A stretch of DNA of 64,000 bases from Tepidisphaera sp. (GCA_050916045.1 CP051526.1:3200001-3264000); one strand, 5' to 3'; counted from the first letter of the stretch, positions 30,634 to 40,492 are shown. Notes: generated from the sequence alone by a model not told the origin. Program-made: numbers and translations.

Positions 30634-31265
30634 ACGCCGAGCAACCCGCCACGGCCGCTCCCCGTCGCCGCCGCATCAAGTGGGAGCCCGCCGCGGCGCT
30701 CATCTCGCTGATCGCAGTCTCCCTCTGGGTCGTCTACGACCCCTCCAAGGGCCGCGGCGAACCGGTCCAGATCGGCAACGTCAAGGGCGTCCTCGCCGCC
30801 GTCGACGTCGCGCCCGGTCAGCCGCTCGCGTACCAGTTCGAGCCGCGCACCGGTCAGCCCGGCAAACTCATGACCGGAGAGGACGTCGAGCTTTACTTCG
30901 GCAAGGAAGTGCGCGAATCCCTCCAGCAGACCCGCCGAAACGTCCTGTTCCGGATGTTCAAGGTCTCTTCGTGGGGGAATCTGCTCTGGGTCGGCCTGGG
31001 CCTCGCAGGACAAGCCGCCTTCTCCGGCCGCATGCTGATCCAGTGGATCGTGTCCGAGAAAAGCCGCAAGAGCGTCGTGCCCGCGGCGTTCTGGTACCTC
31101 AGCCTCTTCGGGGCCCTGGCACTCTTCGCCTATTTCGTCTGGCGGCAGGACGCGGTGGGTGTGCTCGGGCAGGCCCCCGGTCTGGTCATCTACATCCGCA
31201 ACCTCAGGCTTCTGGCCAAACAGAAGCGAAGGGCCGCCCGCATGTCCCCGGGGGCGGCGACGTAA
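30630..31265 (+). CDS. Lipid-A-disaccharide synthase N-terminal (LAB_N) domain protein
   Basis: GQAAFSGRMLIQWIVSEKSRKSVVPAAFWYLSL...YIRNL. Confidence 0.85.
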   Translation: MNAEQPATAAPRRRRIKWEPAAALISLIAVSLWVVYDPSKGRGEPVQIGNVKGVLAAVDVAPGQPLAYQFEPRTGQPGKLMTGEDVELYFGKEVRESLQQTRRNVLFRMFKVSSWGNLLWVGLGLAGQAAFSGRMLIQWIVSEKSRKSVVPAAFWYLSLFGALALFAYFVWRQDAVGVLGQAPGLVIYIRNLRLLAKQKRRAARMSPGAAT

Positions 31266-31328
31266 GCTTTGCGGCGGACCGTTCGGATCCCGCTTGCATC
31301 AGACCTCGATTCCAGAGACACTACACCC

Positions 31329-31961
31329 ATGCGAGTCATGCTCGACGGCCAACTCGTCCCCATCGACCGCCCGTCGCTGGCCCTCGCGCTGGCCACGGCG
31401 GCACGCCACGCGGAAGCGTCCGGACGCATCATCGTCTCCGCCGTGGCCGATGGCGTTCCCATTCCCGACGAGACCCTCAAGTCCCTCAAGGACGAGTTCT
31501 CCAGCATCCAGGAGGTCGTCCTCTCAACCGCCTCCCCGACGCGCGTCGTCGGCGAGATGCTCGTGCAGGCCGCCGACGCGATCAACTCCGTCCGCGGCAC
31601 CCAGCAGCACGCCGGCCACACCATCCAGCGCGGCGAACCCGAACAGGCACGCGAGCATCTCGAAGCCGTCTTCGGCATCTGGCAGGCCGTCGCCGGGGGC
31701 GTTCAGCAGGCCGCCGAGATGCTCTCGCTGGACCTGGGCACCCTCCGCGTCCCCGACGGCTACGGCGACACCATGGCCGTCGCGCCGCAGATCGAGTTCC
31801 TCGTCGAGAAACTCCGCGACCTGCAGGGCTGCATCCAGCGCAAGGACTGGGCCGCGATGTCCGACATCCTGCTCTTTGACCTGGACGAACTCGCCAAGTC
31901 CTGGGAACAGATGCTCCGCGGCATGACCGCTGTGATCGAGGAGGCTTCAAAGCGTCCATGA
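31329..31961 (+). CDS. Hypothetical protein
   Basis: Host-like codon pattern, helical C-terminal part, fills the gap in the co-oriented run. Confidence 0.7.
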   Translation: MRVMLDGQLVPIDRPSLALALATAARHAEASGRIIVSAVADGVPIPDETLKSLKDEFSSIQEVVLSTASPTRVVGEMLVQAADAINSVRGTQQHAGHTIQRGEPEQAREHLEAVFGIWQAVAGGVQQAAEMLSLDLGTLRVPDGYGDTMAVAPQIEFLVEKLRDLQGCIQRKDWAAMSDILLFDLDELAKSWEQMLRGMTAVIEEASKRP

Positions 31962-32704
31962 TCCAGTCCCGCGCCCCCATGATCGATGACCTGATGGAGC
32001 AGGCCAGCAAGTCGCTGCTCGACGCCGACTATTTCGCCGTCGAACGGCACGCGAAGAAAGCTCTCGCGCAAGCCCGCAAAGCCAACGACTTCGAACGCAT
32101 GGCCCGCGCCATTCTCCCGCTTCAGGAAGCACGCCGCCAGCGCCGCCACGAAGCCGCCGACGCTCAGATCAGACTCATCCTCACCTCCGTTCCCGGGCCC
32201 AAGGACCTCCTTCCCGGCATGTACCTCGTGCAGCCCCCCCTCGTCGGCATCAACGCACGCGTCATCCGCGAACAGGCCGAAGCCGCACGGACGCCCATCG
32301 TGATCGTCTGCCGCGAACCCATGACCCGCGCCCGCCGCTGGCCCGTCGTCGCAGTCGCGGCGGGCACGCTCACCGCCACGCTGACGCTCCGCACCCAGGT
32401 CGACCCGCCCCCGGGCGTCGAACCACGCGACTCGGGCATGACCCGCGACGTCGTCCACGAGCCGCCGCCCGCATCGTGGTTTCAAGCCGCGAACGAAGCC
32501 CTAGGCGATGCCGCCATCGCCAGGCTCAACCCCGCCGACCCCCCCGCCTGGCGCGTCGATGACCTGCTCGAAGCCCTCGACGCCCTCCCCGACCACGAGA
32601 AGCTCCACCAGGCCCTCGCCGCCGCTTGCCGCGAAGCTTCCGCCGCCCCGCTCCCCGACCGACCGCGGCGCAAGTCGCGGCATGACGATCCCCGGTCATT
32701 CTGA
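31958..32704 (+). CDS. Hypothetical protein
   Basis: ATGA overlap with the upstream gene; globular-looking sequence. Confidence 0.7.
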   Translation: MIQSRAPMIDDLMEQASKSLLDADYFAVERHAKKALAQARKANDFERMARAILPLQEARRQRRHEAADAQIRLILTSVPGPKDLLPGMYLVQPPLVGINARVIREQAEAARTPIVIVCREPMTRARRWPVVAVAAGTLTATLTLRTQVDPPPGVEPRDSGMTRDVVHEPPPASWFQAANEALGDAAIARLNPADPPAWRVDDLLEALDALPDHEKLHQALAAACREASAAPLPDRPRRKSRHDDPRSF

Positions 32705-32878
32705 CCGGTTGTCGGACCTTTCCCGCCCCTACGCGGCGCACACACTCCCCACCCCCACTCGATCGCACCGCGCGCGCGAGGGTCCGCGTTGCATTTCCGT
32801 CCGCTTGGGTCACACTCGACCCGTAGCACTGTTCCTCGGTCCAGGACGGACCGGACAACCAAAGACGGGAAGGACTCC

Positions 32879-33466
32879 ATGCAAGCCAGACTCTGCGCAC
32901 TCGCTGTCTCAGCCGCCGGGATCGCCGCGTCCGCAAAGGCCGAGGTGGTTTTCGGACTACCGATCACGTTCACGCAGAACGGAACGACCGTGAGTGCCGT
33001 GTTCTCGGTCGGTAACGCCTCGTGGACCGGCATGCTCTACCGCGACGACGGCACCGCCGGGTTGGGCCAGTTTGTCTTCAACAACAAGTCCGCAAGACCG
33101 GGCGACACGAGGTCGCTTGGCACCTTCAACACGGGGTCGGAGCTCCTGTTCAATTACAGGGTCGTGACGGGCACGCCCGCGATCTTCCGCGGCGAGGATC
33201 CGGCGCACGTCTTCCACTTCGGGTTCGAGCAGCTCACCGCGACGACCATCGCGTTGCGCATCGAGGACATGCCTCAGGGTGTCTCCGACCGCGACTGGGA
33301 CGACTGCGTCGCTCTGCTCCGCTTCAGCAAGCCGGTGACCATTGGAGGAGGGGGCGGGGGCGGAGGCGGCGGAGGTGGGCGTGACGGCGAATCGACACCC
33401 ACGCCAGGGTCACTCGTCGCGCTTCTGGGCGGCACGAGCCTCTTTATCGGTCGACGTCGCCGGTAA
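32879..33466 (+). CDS. Secreted protein with PEP-CTERM-like sorting signal
   Basis: Signal peptide; EDMP...DRDWDD acidic motif; Gly linker; C-terminus TPTPGSLVALLGGTSLFIGRRRR. Confidence 0.8.
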   Translation: MQARLCALAVSAAGIAASAKAEVVFGLPITFTQNGTTVSAVFSVGNASWTGMLYRDDGTAGLGQFVFNNKSARPGDTRSLGTFNTGSELLFNYRVVTGTPAIFRGEDPAHVFHFGFEQLTATTIALRIEDMPQGVSDRDWDDCVALLRFSKPVTIGGGGGGGGGGGGRDGESTPTPGSLVALLGGTSLFIGRRRR

Positions 33467-33581
33467 CTCAGTCCGGACCCGGTACTGACACGGGTACGCG
33501 CAGGACCTCCGGGAAAGCCGGGAGTTTCAGTGAACGAGCCGTCGGACTCCGCCGATCTCCTCTTTCGTCAGGAGATGCTCC

Positions 33582-33944
33582 ATGCCCGATCCCGATTCCC
33601 TGGGCCCGCTTCGAAGCGACCTCGCCGACTCTCCCGAGATGGCCGACATGATCGGTATCTTTCTCGCGGAGCTTCCGGCGCGGGTGAACGGCCTCGTCAC
33701 CGCGTACAACGCGGGTGACGCCGACACGCTCAAGCGTCTGACGCATCAGATCAAGGGGTCCGCTGGCGGCTTTGGCTTCCAGATCGTCGGTGACGCCGCC
33801 GATCGGGTGGAAGCGGCGCTGAAAGCCTCGGCGAACCCGCAGGATGCGATCTCCCACATCAGCGCCGAATTCCGCGAACTCGTCGAACTCTGCCATCGGG
33901 CCACCGCCGGCTCGGGCCTTCCCGTCGAACGTCCTCGCTTCTAA
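33582..33944 (+). CDS. Hpt (histidine phosphotransfer) protein
   Basis: THQIKGSAGGFGF motif. Confidence 0.9.
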   Translation: MPDPDSLGPLRSDLADSPEMADMIGIFLAELPARVNGLVTAYNAGDADTLKRLTHQIKGSAGGFGFQIVGDAADRVEAALKASANPQDAISHISAEFRELVELCHRATAGSGLPVERPRF

Positions 33945-33956
33945 GGCCGTCCCCGT

Positions 33957-34958
33957 GTGAACCGCCGGATGCAGACACCCCAAGCCACCCCGATGATCCC
34001 CGCGCAGTCCGATGAACAGCGCCCGCTGGCACTGGTCATCGACGACTCGCTGGACGTTCATCGTCTGCTCGCGGCGCGGCTGAAGCAGGAGGAGATCGAC
34101 CTGATCTGCACGGCGGACCCACGAGAAGGGCTGACTCGCGCGGCGGCGGTTCCGCCGGCGGTGATCCTGCTGGACCTGGACATGCCCGGCATGGACGGGT
34201 TTGAAGTGCTCCGGGCCCTGAAGGACAACCCCGCGACGCATCACGTTCCGGTGATCATCCTCTCGGGAATGGCCGGGATGCAGGACAAGGTCACGGCCTT
34301 TGAACTGGGCGCGATCGACTACGTCGTCAAACCGTTTGAGTTCACCGAGCTTCGGGTCCGCTTGCGTTCAGCGCTGCGGGTCCACCGCCTGCTTTCGCTT
34401 CTGGCGTCGCGGGCGCAGCTCGACGGCCTGACTGGGCTTTGGAACCGCGCGTACTTCGACCATCGCCTGAGCGAAGAGGCCTCCAAGAGCACGCGTCACA
34501 GCCGCCCGTTCTCGATCGCGATCGCGGACGCCGACAACTTCAAGTCGATCAACGACACGTTCGGGCACCCCGCGGGCGACGCGGTGCTGCAGGGCTTGGC
34601 CAAGATCCTTCGCCGCGAGTGCCGCCAGTCGGACATCGTCTGCCGGTACGGCGGCGAGGAGTTCGTGATCCTGATGCCCGACACGACCGCGATCGACGCC
34701 GCCGCGGTGTGCGAACGAATCCGCCAGAGCGTCGAGCAGGCTGCCTGGCCGCGTCACCCCGAACGCAAGGTCACGATCTCCATGGGTGTGGCGGGCGTGA
34801 ACGGGGCGACGGCGCTCCAGCCCGCGGCCTGGCTTGAGACCGCCGACCGCAATCTCTACACCAGCAAGCGGTCGGGCCGCAACACCGTGACGACGACGGA
34901 CCTCACGATCACTCCGCCGCCGATTGCGCCGAGCAATCCGAGCGCCGCCGCGGCCTGA
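33957..34958 (+). CDS. Response-regulator diguanylate cyclase (REC-GGDEF)
   Basis: IDD, LLDLDMP, KPF; DGLTGLWN, RQSD I-site, GGEEF. Confidence 0.93.
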   Translation: MNRRMQTPQATPMIPAQSDEQRPLALVIDDSLDVHRLLAARLKQEEIDLICTADPREGLTRAAAVPPAVILLDLDMPGMDGFEVLRALKDNPATHHVPVIILSGMAGMQDKVTAFELGAIDYVVKPFEFTELRVRLRSALRVHRLLSLLASRAQLDGLTGLWNRAYFDHRLSEEASKSTRHSRPFSIAIADADNFKSINDTFGHPAGDAVLQGLAKILRRECRQSDIVCRYGGEEFVILMPDTTAIDAAAVCERIRQSVEQAAWPRHPERKVTISMGVAGVNGATALQPAAWLETADRNLYTSKRSGRNTVTTTDLTITPPPIAPSNPSAAAA

Positions 34959-35051
34959 GCCGCCCACCGCACGATCCCCTCGTTTCTGTAACGTGTCCGT
35001 GCCCCGACGGGAGCGCTATATTTGCGTTCACCCGAATTCAGGAGCACCGCC

Positions 35052-36221
35052 ATGGCCGATTCCACCGCCGCCGCTACGTTCGCCAAGGGTCTTGAGGGCA
35101 TCGTCGCCGGCGAAACCCAGATCTGTTCGATCGAGCAGGGCGGGCTTTGGTACCGCGGCTACGAGATCCACGACCTGGCCGCCAACGCGACCTTCGAGGA
35201 AGTCGCCCACGTCCTCCTGATCGGCCACAAAGCTTCGCCGGCCGAGCTCGCGGCTTTCAAGGGCGAGCTGATCGCCGAGCGACCCATCCCCGCGACCATC
35301 GGCCAGTTCTTCAAGGACGCCGCCCCCGCTCTCCGCAAGGGCACCGCGGTGCCGATGGACGTGCTCCGCACCGCCGTGAGCATGCAGGCCCATCTCGACC
35401 AGGACTGCCAGGACAACTCGCCGGCCGCGAACCTCCGCAAAGCCAAGCGGCTTCTCGCGAAGGTCCCGACCATGATCGGGCAGATGCAGAACGCCATCGA
35501 CGGTCGCCCGTTCATCGCGCCCCAGACCGGCGGCGACGCTTCCCTCTCCCACGCCGCGAACCTGATGTACCTCATGACGGGCGAGAAGCCCAGCGAGGAA
35601 GCGGCCCGCGTGATGGACGTTTCGCTCATCCTCTACGCTGAGCACGACTACAACGCCAGCACCTTCACGTCGCGCGTCATCGCCGGCACGCTGAGCGACA
35701 TGCACGGAGCCGTCTGCGGCGGGATCGCCGCTCTCAAGGGCCCGCTCCACGGCGGCGCGAACGAAGCCGCGATGGAAATGCTCCGCGAGATCCGGGCGTA
35801 CATCGAGGGCGGCGAAGGGTCGATCAACGACTTCATGCAGAACGCCTTCGCGACCAAGCGCAAGCTCATGGGCTTCGGCCACCGCGTCTACAAGAACGGG
35901 GACCACCGGGCTCCGATCCTCAACAAGCTCGGCCGCGCCCTGGCCACGAGCAAGGGCAAGGACTACCTCAAGTGGTTCGAGATCGGCGATGAAGTCGAAG
36001 CGATCATGCTCCGCGACAAGAAGATCCACCCCAACGTCGACTTCCCCTGCGGGATGACGTACTTCACGATGGGTATCCCCGTCCCCCAGTACACGCCGAT
36101 CTTCGTCGCAAGCCGCGTCAGCGGCTGGTGCGCCCACATCATGGAGCAGCACGCGAACAACCGCCTGATCCGGCCGCTGAGCATCTACACCGGGGCACCC
36201 TACCGGAAATGGAACGGCTGA
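35052..36221 (+). CDS. Citrate synthase family, 2-methylcitrate synthase (PrpC/MmgD)-like
   Basis: KGLEG, LYAEHDYNASTF, GPLHGGANE, GFGHRVY, PNVDF. Confidence 0.85.
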   Translation: MADSTAAATFAKGLEGIVAGETQICSIEQGGLWYRGYEIHDLAANATFEEVAHVLLIGHKASPAELAAFKGELIAERPIPATIGQFFKDAAPALRKGTAVPMDVLRTAVSMQAHLDQDCQDNSPAANLRKAKRLLAKVPTMIGQMQNAIDGRPFIAPQTGGDASLSHAANLMYLMTGEKPSEEAARVMDVSLILYAEHDYNASTFTSRVIAGTLSDMHGAVCGGIAALKGPLHGGANEAAMEMLREIRAYIEGGEGSINDFMQNAFATKRKLMGFGHRVYKNGDHRAPILNKLGRALATSKGKDYLKWFEIGDEVEAIMLRDKKIHPNVDFPCGMTYFTMGIPVPQYTPIFVASRVSGWCAHIMEQHANNRLIRPLSIYTGAPYRKWNG

Positions 36222-36304
36222 TCGATCCCCGATCTCGACCGGATGCACCGATCTTCATCCGTCCTTTCACGAACGCCTGAACCTGTGGGGCTAGGATCCG
36301 TCCA

Positions 36305-36691
36305 ATGAGCAGCGCTCCCGACAAAACCGAAACCCGCCTCCGCGACCGCGGATGGTTCCGGGTGCTTCGTCGCCGGGCTGCGGCGTGGACGATCGCGATC
36401 GCCGCGCTGGCCGTGGCCACGATCTCCGTCGCCGGGCTTCCCGCGTGGCCGGTGATCGGCGTGGCGGTGCTTGCGGTGGCGACGACGGTGAACACGATCG
36501 CGGCGCGGCTTCAGGCCGACCGCTTGCTCTGCCTGGGCTGCGGCGATGATCTGACCGGTCAGCCGGCGGGCACCTACGGCGTGGTCTGCGGCAAGTGCGG
36601 AGCGATCAACCAGCCGTACATCACCGATCCGGCCGAGCGGGCCGCGATGCCGGGCGAGCGTCCGGCACAGAGCCCCGCGAAGAACGCCTGA
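36305..36691 (+). CDS. Small membrane protein with C-terminal zinc ribbon
   Basis: Two TM helices then CLGC...CGKC. Confidence 0.7.
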   Translation: MSSAPDKTETRLRDRGWFRVLRRRAAAWTIAIAALAVATISVAGLPAWPVIGVAVLAVATTVNTIAARLQADRLLCLGCGDDLTGQPAGTYGVVCGKCGAINQPYITDPAERAAMPGERPAQSPAKNA

Positions 36692-36739
36692 TCGCCGCTG
36701 CTCCCGCCTGAGCTTTCACCCATCAACCTACCGTCGGCG

Positions 36740-37291
36740 ATGCCGATTCGGACCCTGTGCATCTACTGCGCCGCCGCTCCGGGCGCTCACCCCGACTACG
36801 TCGCCCACGCCGCCGAAGTGGGCCGCCTGGCCGCCAGAAGCGGCATCACGATCATTTACGGGGGCGGGAGCGTCGGGCTGATGGGAGCGGTCGCGGATGG
36901 AAGCCTGCGGGCCGGAGGGTCGGTGATCGGCGTCATCACCAAGCAACTTGTCGACCGTGAGCTTGCCCACCGCGAGGTCCCCGACATGCGGATCGTCGCG
37001 ACGATGCACGAGCGGAAGATGATCATGGCGGAATCGGCGGATGCGTTCATGGCTCTGCCGGGCGGGTACGGGACGCTGGATGAGCTTTTCGAGTGCCTCG
37101 CGTGGGCCCAGCTCGGGATCCACTCCAAGCCGGTCGTTCTGCTGAACACCCGCGGGTTTTTCGATCCCATCCTGACGTGGCTGGAGCTGGCGGGGAACGA
37201 GAGCTTCCTGCGGCTTCCGGCCAGCCGGGCCCTGCGCGTCTCGGGGACGCCCGAGGGGGCGATCGCGGCGCTCGGGGGCGGCCCGTTCTGA
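36740..37291 (+). CDS. LOG family nucleotide 5'-monophosphate nucleosidase
   Basis: YGGGSVGLMG, MHERK, PGGYGTLDE. Confidence 0.92.
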   Translation: MPIRTLCIYCAAAPGAHPDYVAHAAEVGRLAARSGITIIYGGGSVGLMGAVADGSLRAGGSVIGVITKQLVDRELAHREVPDMRIVATMHERKMIMAESADAFMALPGGYGTLDELFECLAWAQLGIHSKPVVLLNTRGFFDPILTWLELAGNESFLRLPASRALRVSGTPEGAIAALGGGPF

Positions 37292-37322
37292 CGGGGCGTT
37301 CCGCTGTCGGTACACTCGGGGC

Positions 37323-38540
37323 ATGGAATTTCGTACCGCGGTGCTTGAGAACGGCCTGAGGATCATCGCAGAAGTCGACCCGTCGGCGCACACGGCGGCG
37401 GCGGGGTTCTTCGTCAAGACGGGTGCACGCGACGAAGCGACGCCGGTCATGGGCGTGTCGCACTTTCTCGAGCACATGATGTTCAAGGGCACGGGCGACC
37501 TCTCGGCCGAGGACCTCAACCGCGCGTACGACGAGATCGGCGCCCGCAACAACGCGTACACCAGCAACGAGATGACCTGCTTCTACGCACAGGTCCTTCC
37601 CGAGCACCTCGCCACGAGCCTCGATCTGCTCGGGCGGATGATGCGGCCGGCGCTGCGGCAGACCGATTTCGACACCGAGAAGGGCGTGATCCTCGAAGAG
37701 ATCGCGATGTACAAGGACAAGCCGTTCTGGGTGCTCTACGAGAAAGCCATCGAGCAGCACTACGGCGAACACCCGATGTCGCACCGCGTGCTCGGCACCG
37801 ACGAATCGATCAAAGCCCTGACCCGCGACCAGATGTCGGCGTACTTCGAGCATCGGTACTCGGCGGACAACACGATCGTTTCGCTCGCGGGGCGGATGGA
37901 CTTTGACCGCTGCGTGGCGCAGATCCGCTCGCTTTGCGGGCACTGGCCGCGGACTGGCGCGGTGCGGAACCCGCAGTCGCCGAAGGTGGCGGGCGGTTCG
38001 TTTGAGGTGCGTGATCCGAAGGTCAATCGCGGGTACTACATCGGGATCGCGCAGGCCCCGGCGGGGCAGGACGATCGGCGGTACGCGGCTTCGCTCCTGG
38101 CACAGGTGCTCGGGGCCTCCGAGAACAGCCGGTTGCACTGGGCGTTGATCGAGACGGGGCTTGCGGAGGAGGCGCTGGCGGCGTACGACGGGCACGACAA
38201 CATCGGCGAGTACTACGTGTATGCGTCGGCGGACCCGGCGAGGCTCGCGGAGGTGGAGCAGGTGATCAACCGCGAGATCGCGGGGCTTGTGGATTCGATC
38301 ACGGATGATGATCTTGAGCGGCTTCGGAACCGGATCGCGACAGCGGCGACGCTGGGCGCGGAGCGGCCCGGGGACGGGATGCAGCGGCTTGGCCGGCACT
38401 GGATGCTCCACGGGTCGTACGCGACGCTGGATGAGGAGCTTGCGAAGATCAACGCGGTGACGAAAGCGGACCTGGTGTCGGTGGCGCGGGAGTTCCCGAT
38501 CAAGCCGGTCACGGTGGGACGGATGCTGCCGCAGGGGTGA
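37323..38540 (+). CDS. M16 family (pitrilysin-like) zinc peptidase
   Basis: HFLEHMMFKGT, NAYTS, EKGVILEE. Confidence 0.93.
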   Translation: MEFRTAVLENGLRIIAEVDPSAHTAAAGFFVKTGARDEATPVMGVSHFLEHMMFKGTGDLSAEDLNRAYDEIGARNNAYTSNEMTCFYAQVLPEHLATSLDLLGRMMRPALRQTDFDTEKGVILEEIAMYKDKPFWVLYEKAIEQHYGEHPMSHRVLGTDESIKALTRDQMSAYFEHRYSADNTIVSLAGRMDFDRCVAQIRSLCGHWPRTGAVRNPQSPKVAGGSFEVRDPKVNRGYYIGIAQAPAGQDDRRYAASLLAQVLGASENSRLHWALIETGLAEEALAAYDGHDNIGEYYVYASADPARLAEVEQVINREIAGLVDSITDDDLERLRNRIATAATLGAERPGDGMQRLGRHWMLHGSYATLDEELAKINAVTKADLVSVAREFPIKPVTVGRMLPQG

Positions 38541-38543
38541 TGC

Positions 38544-39587
38544 GTGAAGACTGGGGGAGACAGGCCGACCCAGGTTGATGATGCCGGACGGCCGCTCACG
38601 GAGGTCGGATCCGGGGGGATCCACCATGAGCTGAAGCAGGATCCGAAAGCACGGGCGCTGGTCCTGCTTCTGACTGGACGTCTTCAGCATCTCTCCAGCA
38701 TTCAGGCTGAGAGCATTGCGTTCGGCGCGGTCGTCGCGGTGGGAGGCCTGTTGCTCTTCGGAGTCGCGTTGGTCGCTGGATGGTGGCCGGTGGCGGTGCT
38801 TGTGTTCGTGGCTTCGATGGTGCTTTTCGCGATGATCATCCTGGGGACCGATCGGCCGACGAAGAGCGAGATCGCGGAGGAAGTGCGGCATGCTTCGCTC
38901 GCGTACGGACGCTGCATGGGCTGCGGGTATCTCCTCGATGGTCTGGAAGCCGATGAATCGGGTCTCCGCCGGTGCCCTGAGTGCGCCGCGAGGTGGCGGG
39001 CGGACCGGGTGAGGTTCTCGCTCGGCGGGCACGAGTTGGCGATCGCGGCCAAGCACACGGGCGGTCGGCTGGTGATGGCGGGAGCACCACCGGTTCTGAT
39101 CGATGAGAGCGGAAGGCTGCACTGGGCCGCCGATCCGCGACTCCCCGGCGCGGAGGAGCATTTCGGAGACCGCGCGCAGGATGTGCGACGGGTCGTTCGA
39201 TGGAGGAGCATGGGGTGGAGGGCGGCGGCGCTCCTGATCGCGCTCTGGCCGATCGCCTTTCTGGTGCTGATCTCGCTCGTGCTGCTTTTCGGCGGACCAA
39301 ACGCTTGGATGAGCCTCTTGCCGGTCATCCTCTATCTGCCGCTCGGCGGTTTTGCGAGCGTGCGGATGATCGTAAACTGGCGCGAGTATCGAACACCCTG
39401 GCTCTGCCGCCGAGCCGCGCAGTGTCTTCTGGACGAAGGGGTTTGTCCCGGCTGCGGCCACGGACTTTCGATGAGACCGGGATCGTCCGACGGGCGCGTT
39501 CGTTGTGAGCACTGTGACGGCCTCTGGTCCGCACGCCTCACCAACCAATCCACGCTCACGTTCAAGTCAGCCGAGCCGGCCTCGTAG
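38544..39587 (+). CDS. Membrane protein with two TM-hairpin plus zinc-ribbon modules
   Basis: CMGCGY...CPEC and CPGCGH...CEHC, each following two TM helices. Confidence 0.7.
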   Translation: MKTGGDRPTQVDDAGRPLTEVGSGGIHHELKQDPKARALVLLLTGRLQHLSSIQAESIAFGAVVAVGGLLLFGVALVAGWWPVAVLVFVASMVLFAMIILGTDRPTKSEIAEEVRHASLAYGRCMGCGYLLDGLEADESGLRRCPECAARWRADRVRFSLGGHELAIAAKHTGGRLVMAGAPPVLIDESGRLHWAADPRLPGAEEHFGDRAQDVRRVVRWRSMGWRAAALLIALWPIAFLVLISLVLLFGGPNAWMSLLPVILYLPLGGFASVRMIVNWREYRTPWLCRRAAQCLLDEGVCPGCGHGLSMRPGSSDGRVRCEHCDGLWSARLTNQSTLTFKSAEPAS

Positions 39588-39607
39588 CGCGGCCATTTTC
39601 GCCACAA

Positions 39608-39676
39608 CACAAATAAAGCGGCCGGAACACTTGCGTGTCACCGGCCGCTTTGGGGGTGGGGGCTTGGTTGGCTGAC
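39608..39676 (-). ncRNA. Candidate small RNA (about 69 nt)
   Basis: Own promoter upstream; C-rich 5' segment followed by an 11-bp hairpin AAAGCGGCCGG/CCGGCCGCTTT and U-rich tail; no ORF. Ends are inferred. Confidence 0.55.
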
Positions 39677-39682
39677 GAGGGA

Positions 39683-39711
39683 AGAATAACGCAAAACGCG
39701 GAGCCTGTCAA
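39683..39711 (-). promoter_or_regulatory. Sigma70-type promoter for the candidate sRNA
   Basis: TTGACA (39711-39706), 17-bp spacer, TATTCT (39688-39683). Confidence 0.7.
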
Positions 39712-39808
39712 GCCCAGGGAACGGGAATCGGTGGATTTGCCAAAGAATCCGAACACGACCCCACTTTGAATCGGACAAGGGGGGCGGTAGGGGTCGCCCG
39801 GCACCCGC

Positions 39809-39842
39809 AAAAACGACACGAGCCCCGTCGCCGGGGCCCGTG
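39809..39842 (-). terminator. Probable terminator of the RRM gene
   Basis: CACGGGCCCCG-GCGA-CGGGGCTCGTG stem then TCGTTTTT on the minus strand. Confidence 0.65.
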
Positions 39843-39890
39843 CTTGATTCAAATTCAGGCTCTTTCGGACCCCGGGGGGCCCGTCAGGGC

Positions 39891-40280
39891 TTACCAGCCG
39901 CCGCGGCCGCCGCCACCGCCGCCGCCGCCGCCACCGGAGCGACCACCGCCGCCGCCGAAGCCGCCGCGACCGCCGCCGCCGCCACCGGAGCGACCGCCGC
40001 CGCCGCCGAAGCCACCACGACCGCCGCCGCCACCCGCTTCACGGGGCTTGGCTTCGTTGACCGTGAGGTCGCGGCCGTCAACGTTCTGACCATGGAGAGC
40101 CGTGATCGCGGCCTTGGCGCTCTCGGCATTCACGAACTCGACGAAGCCGAAGCCGCGGGGGCGGCCGGTTTCGCGGTCCATGACGAGCGTCGCGGAAGCG
40201 ACTTCGCCGTGCTGGGAGAAGAGCTCGCGGAGACGGTCTTCGGACGTGCTAAACGAGAGATTGCCGACGTACAACTTCAT
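39891..40280 (-). CDS. RRM-domain RNA-binding protein with Gly/RGG-rich tail
   Basis: RNP2 LYVGNL, RNP1 RGFGFVEF, repeated GGRGGFGGGGGRS. Confidence 0.95.
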   Translation of the reverse strand: MKLYVGNLSFSTSEDRLRELFSQHGEVASATLVMDRETGRPRGFGFVEFVNAESAKAAITALHGQNVDGRDLTVNEAKPREAGGGGGRGGFGGGGGRSGGGGGGRGGFGGGGGRSGGGGGGGGGGRGGW

Positions 40281-40405
40281 GGGATTCACTTCCAACTTTG
40301 CCCCTGGACTCTACAGATACCGGTGCTCGAACTCGGGCAGAGGAAGCGTCGGCGACCCGGAAGCCCAGACCCACTCGGGTCCGCGTAACTTCCAAAGACA
40401 GCATA

Positions 40406-40434
40406 ATTCTACACTGGGTTCGTGGGCCCGGCAA
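40406..40434 (-). promoter_or_regulatory. Sigma70-type promoter of the RRM gene
   Basis: TTGCCG (40434-40429), 17-bp spacer, TAGAAT (40411-40406). Confidence 0.65.
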
Positions 40435-40492
40435 GGTGATTTTCCAAAACCTCGCCCCACAGGTTCGTTTTCTGACCGGTATGAAGGGTTTT

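Noticed and set aside
39895..40035. CCG-rich repeats
   Set aside because: Explained by the Gly/RGG tail of the RRM protein.
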